Below the pieces are notes generated by a model. That model was not told where the DNA came from and did not search any database. It was given only the letters and a program-made list of their open reading frames with translations. Shown here in pieces: positions 63,059 to 64,000 of a stretch of DNA of 64,000 nucleotides (positions are counted from its first letter, which is position 1; the number at the start of each line of letters is the position of its first letter). Both the position numbers and the translations under genes were made by a program. The DNA comes from an uncultured Chloroflexia bacterium. Lineage in GTDB: Bacteria; Chloroflexota; Limnocylindria; Limnocylindrales; CSP1-4. Location: the NCBI GenBank assembly GCA_963766735.1, contig CAVYBU010000030.1, positions 96,001-160,000 of the forward strand, written 5' to 3'.

Positions 63059-63961
63059 CTACGCGTAGAGGGTTCCGGCGTTCACGACCGGCTGCGTCTC
63101 GTGCTCCGAGCACAGGACGACGAGCAGGTTGCTGACCATCTGCGCCTTGCGCTCCTCGTCCAGCTCCACGACGTTCTTGGCCGACAGCTGCGTCAGGGCC
63201 ATCTCCACCATGCCCACAGCGCCTTCGACGATCAGCGTGCGGGCCGCGATGACCGCCTTCGCCTGCTGGCGCCGGAGCATCGCGTTGGCGATCTCCGGGG
63301 CGTACGCGAGGTGGCTGATCCGGGCCTCGATCACGTTGAGGCCGGCCTTCTCCAGGCGGTCCTGGATGTGGGTGCGCAGCTGGTCTGCGATCTCGGCCTG
63401 GTTTGCGCGCAGCGCGATCTCGTCCTCGCGGTGGGTGTCGTACGGGTGCGAGGTCGCCAGGTTCCGGAGGGCCGACTCGGCCTGGACGTGCACGAAGTTC
63501 TCGAAGTCGTCGACCTCGAACAGCGCCTCCGCCGTGTCGGTGACCTTCCAGACGACGACGGCCGCGATCTCGATCGGGTTGCCATCGTGGTCGTTGACCT
63601 TGAGCTTGGAGGTCTCGAAGTTGCGGACGCGGACCGAGATCTTGCGTCGCTCGGAGAACGGGTTGACCCAGTGGAGGCCCTGGGCGTGGATGGTGCCGCG
63701 ATAGTGGCCGAACAGGACGAGCGCGCGTGCCTCGTTCGGGTTGACCGGGGTCAGGCCACCGAATGCGATGCAGGTCGCGACGAACGCGAGGACCAGCACG
63801 ATCAGGGGCGCCAGCTCGACCAGGCCGATCGCCTCACCGGCGGGCTCGAGGACGGCGGCGACATACCAGATGAACCCCAGGACGAGTACCACTGCCAGGA
63901 CGATGAGGCCGAGCAGCATGGGGATCCCGGGCAGGGTACGGGCGAGGCGTTCCTTGTTCAT
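63059..63961 (-). CDS. SPFH/Band-7 domain membrane protein
   Basis: Two N-terminal TMs; [48 protein letters not shown]. Confidence 0.93.
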   Translation of the reverse strand: MNKERLARTLPGIPMLLGLIVLAVVLVLGFIWYVAAVLEPAGEAIGLVELAPLIVLVLAFVATCIAFGGLTPVNPNEARALVLFGHYRGTIHAQGLHWVNPFSERRKISVRVRNFETSKLKVNDHDGNPIEIAAVVVWKVTDTAEALFEVDDFENFVHVQAESALRNLATSHPYDTHREDEIALRANQAEIADQLRTHIQDRLEKAGLNVIEARISHLAYAPEIANAMLRRQQAKAVIAARTLIVEGAVGMVEMALTQLSAKNVVELDEERKAQMVSNLLVVLCSEHETQPVVNAGTLYA

Positions 63962-64000
63962 GGCGTGGCTCTTCTCTCCTGGTCGCGCAGCATCTGGCGC

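Overview
A very GC-rich bacterial chromosomal window. The gene content (PAC2, deazaflavin-type reductases, leaderless genes) suggests Chloroflexota or Actinomycetota, which is an inference. It holds about 50 protein-coding genes; I saw no rRNA, tRNA, CRISPR array or transposase. The centre (22.8-47.3 kb) is a divergently transcribed anaerobic purine/urate catabolism island related to the ygeW/ygfK/ssnA/xdh (2,8-dioxopurine) pathway. It encodes two molybdenum hydroxylases, SsnA, YgfK, a YgeW-like carbamoyltransferase, carbamate kinase, a LysR regulator and a BMP-family nucleoside ABC transporter. It differs from the canonical cluster: no YgeY, HyuA or typical YgeX is visible. Instead there is an ATCase-like carbamoyltransferase with a remodelled aspartate pocket, two atypical PLP enzymes and a UroD-fold protein. 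This is the best candidate for an undescribed pathway variant. Also notable: a DUF2089/DUF4097/SHOCT/MFS operon whose first three proteins share a bihelical motif, a DEAD-box helicase with a prion-like Q/G/P/Y insert, a HipA-like kinase/DUF3037 pair, an RpoD-like sigma factor with a palindrome-rich upstream region, at least ten apparently leaderless genes, an unannotated 39-aa membrane peptide, and two single-base frameshifts that may be sequencing errors. All family calls come from motif recognition by eye, not from database searches.
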